This document shows positions 63,621 through 64,000 of a DNA stretch of 64,000 nt, one piece after another. The DNA is taken from positions 73,346,001 to 73,410,000 of the forward strand of contig OZ287750.1 in the NCBI GenBank assembly GCA_965649765.1, written 5' to 3'. The notes under the pieces were generated by a model, which was not told where the DNA came from, made no database searches, and worked only from the letters and a program-made list of their open reading frames with translations. The DNA is from Bispira polyomma. Lineage: Eukaryota. The position numbers and the translations under genes are program-made. Position 1 is the first letter of the stretch. Every line of letters starts with the position of its first letter.

Positions 63621-64000
63621 TTTTTTCTGCTCTAGTGACTAGTGTTGCATTTCATAAATTAACATTTATTAGAATTGTGTAATGGCTGTCGCTTAGTTAA
63701 TCTGAGTTAAATAAAAACCAGAACAGCATTTTTTGCCCCTAAGTCAGTTTAGATGTCATATAGATCAGTAAGCTTTTTATAACCACCTCTTTACTACACC
63801 TCAAATGTCTATACAGTGTTGGTTTATGCAGTCAAGCCTTTCTTGTATAAAATCATGGTTCCACCAGTGCTATAAGGCAATGGTTCAAACAGTACAAAAT
63901 TAGATTATACCACTTCAAAAACCACTTATGTTCTTAAATGCTCCTTCTTATTCCTGCGATAAATTTCAAAATATTGCCTTAAATATTAAACTTTGAAATT

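Overview
AT-rich animal (probably invertebrate) genomic DNA with no prokaryotic features. The one host gene found is a 9-exon, minus-strand rhodopsin-class (class A) peptide-receptor-like GPCR, which I assembled by hand as complement(join(22192..22408,23335..23537,26935..26989,29330..29508,30334..30457,31505..31626,43599..43720,44478..45044,56029..56077)): 1638 nt, 545 aa, all introns GT-AG and phase-compatible. It is unusual in two ways. (1) It has a signal peptide and a ~190-aa ectodomain carrying two tandem copies of a 6-Cys module, C-x5-W-x7-C-x7-C-x8/10-C-x-C-x3-C, that I cannot assign to a known family. (2) Two consecutive exons are each followed by a tandem array built from the exon's own 3' end plus the first ~6 nt of the intron, giving banks of decoy 5' splice sites. 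The rest is a dense transposon landscape: a 5'-truncated RTE-X-like LINE, a decayed Ngaro/DIRS tyrosine-recombinase retrotransposon with a candidate -1 frameshift site, a Harbinger-type MADF-gene relic, several tRNA-derived SINE families (often nested, with TSDs), HINE/MITE-like elements, L2 3' ends and several minisatellites. Repeat boundaries are read by eye and approximate; family names are from motif recognition, not searches.
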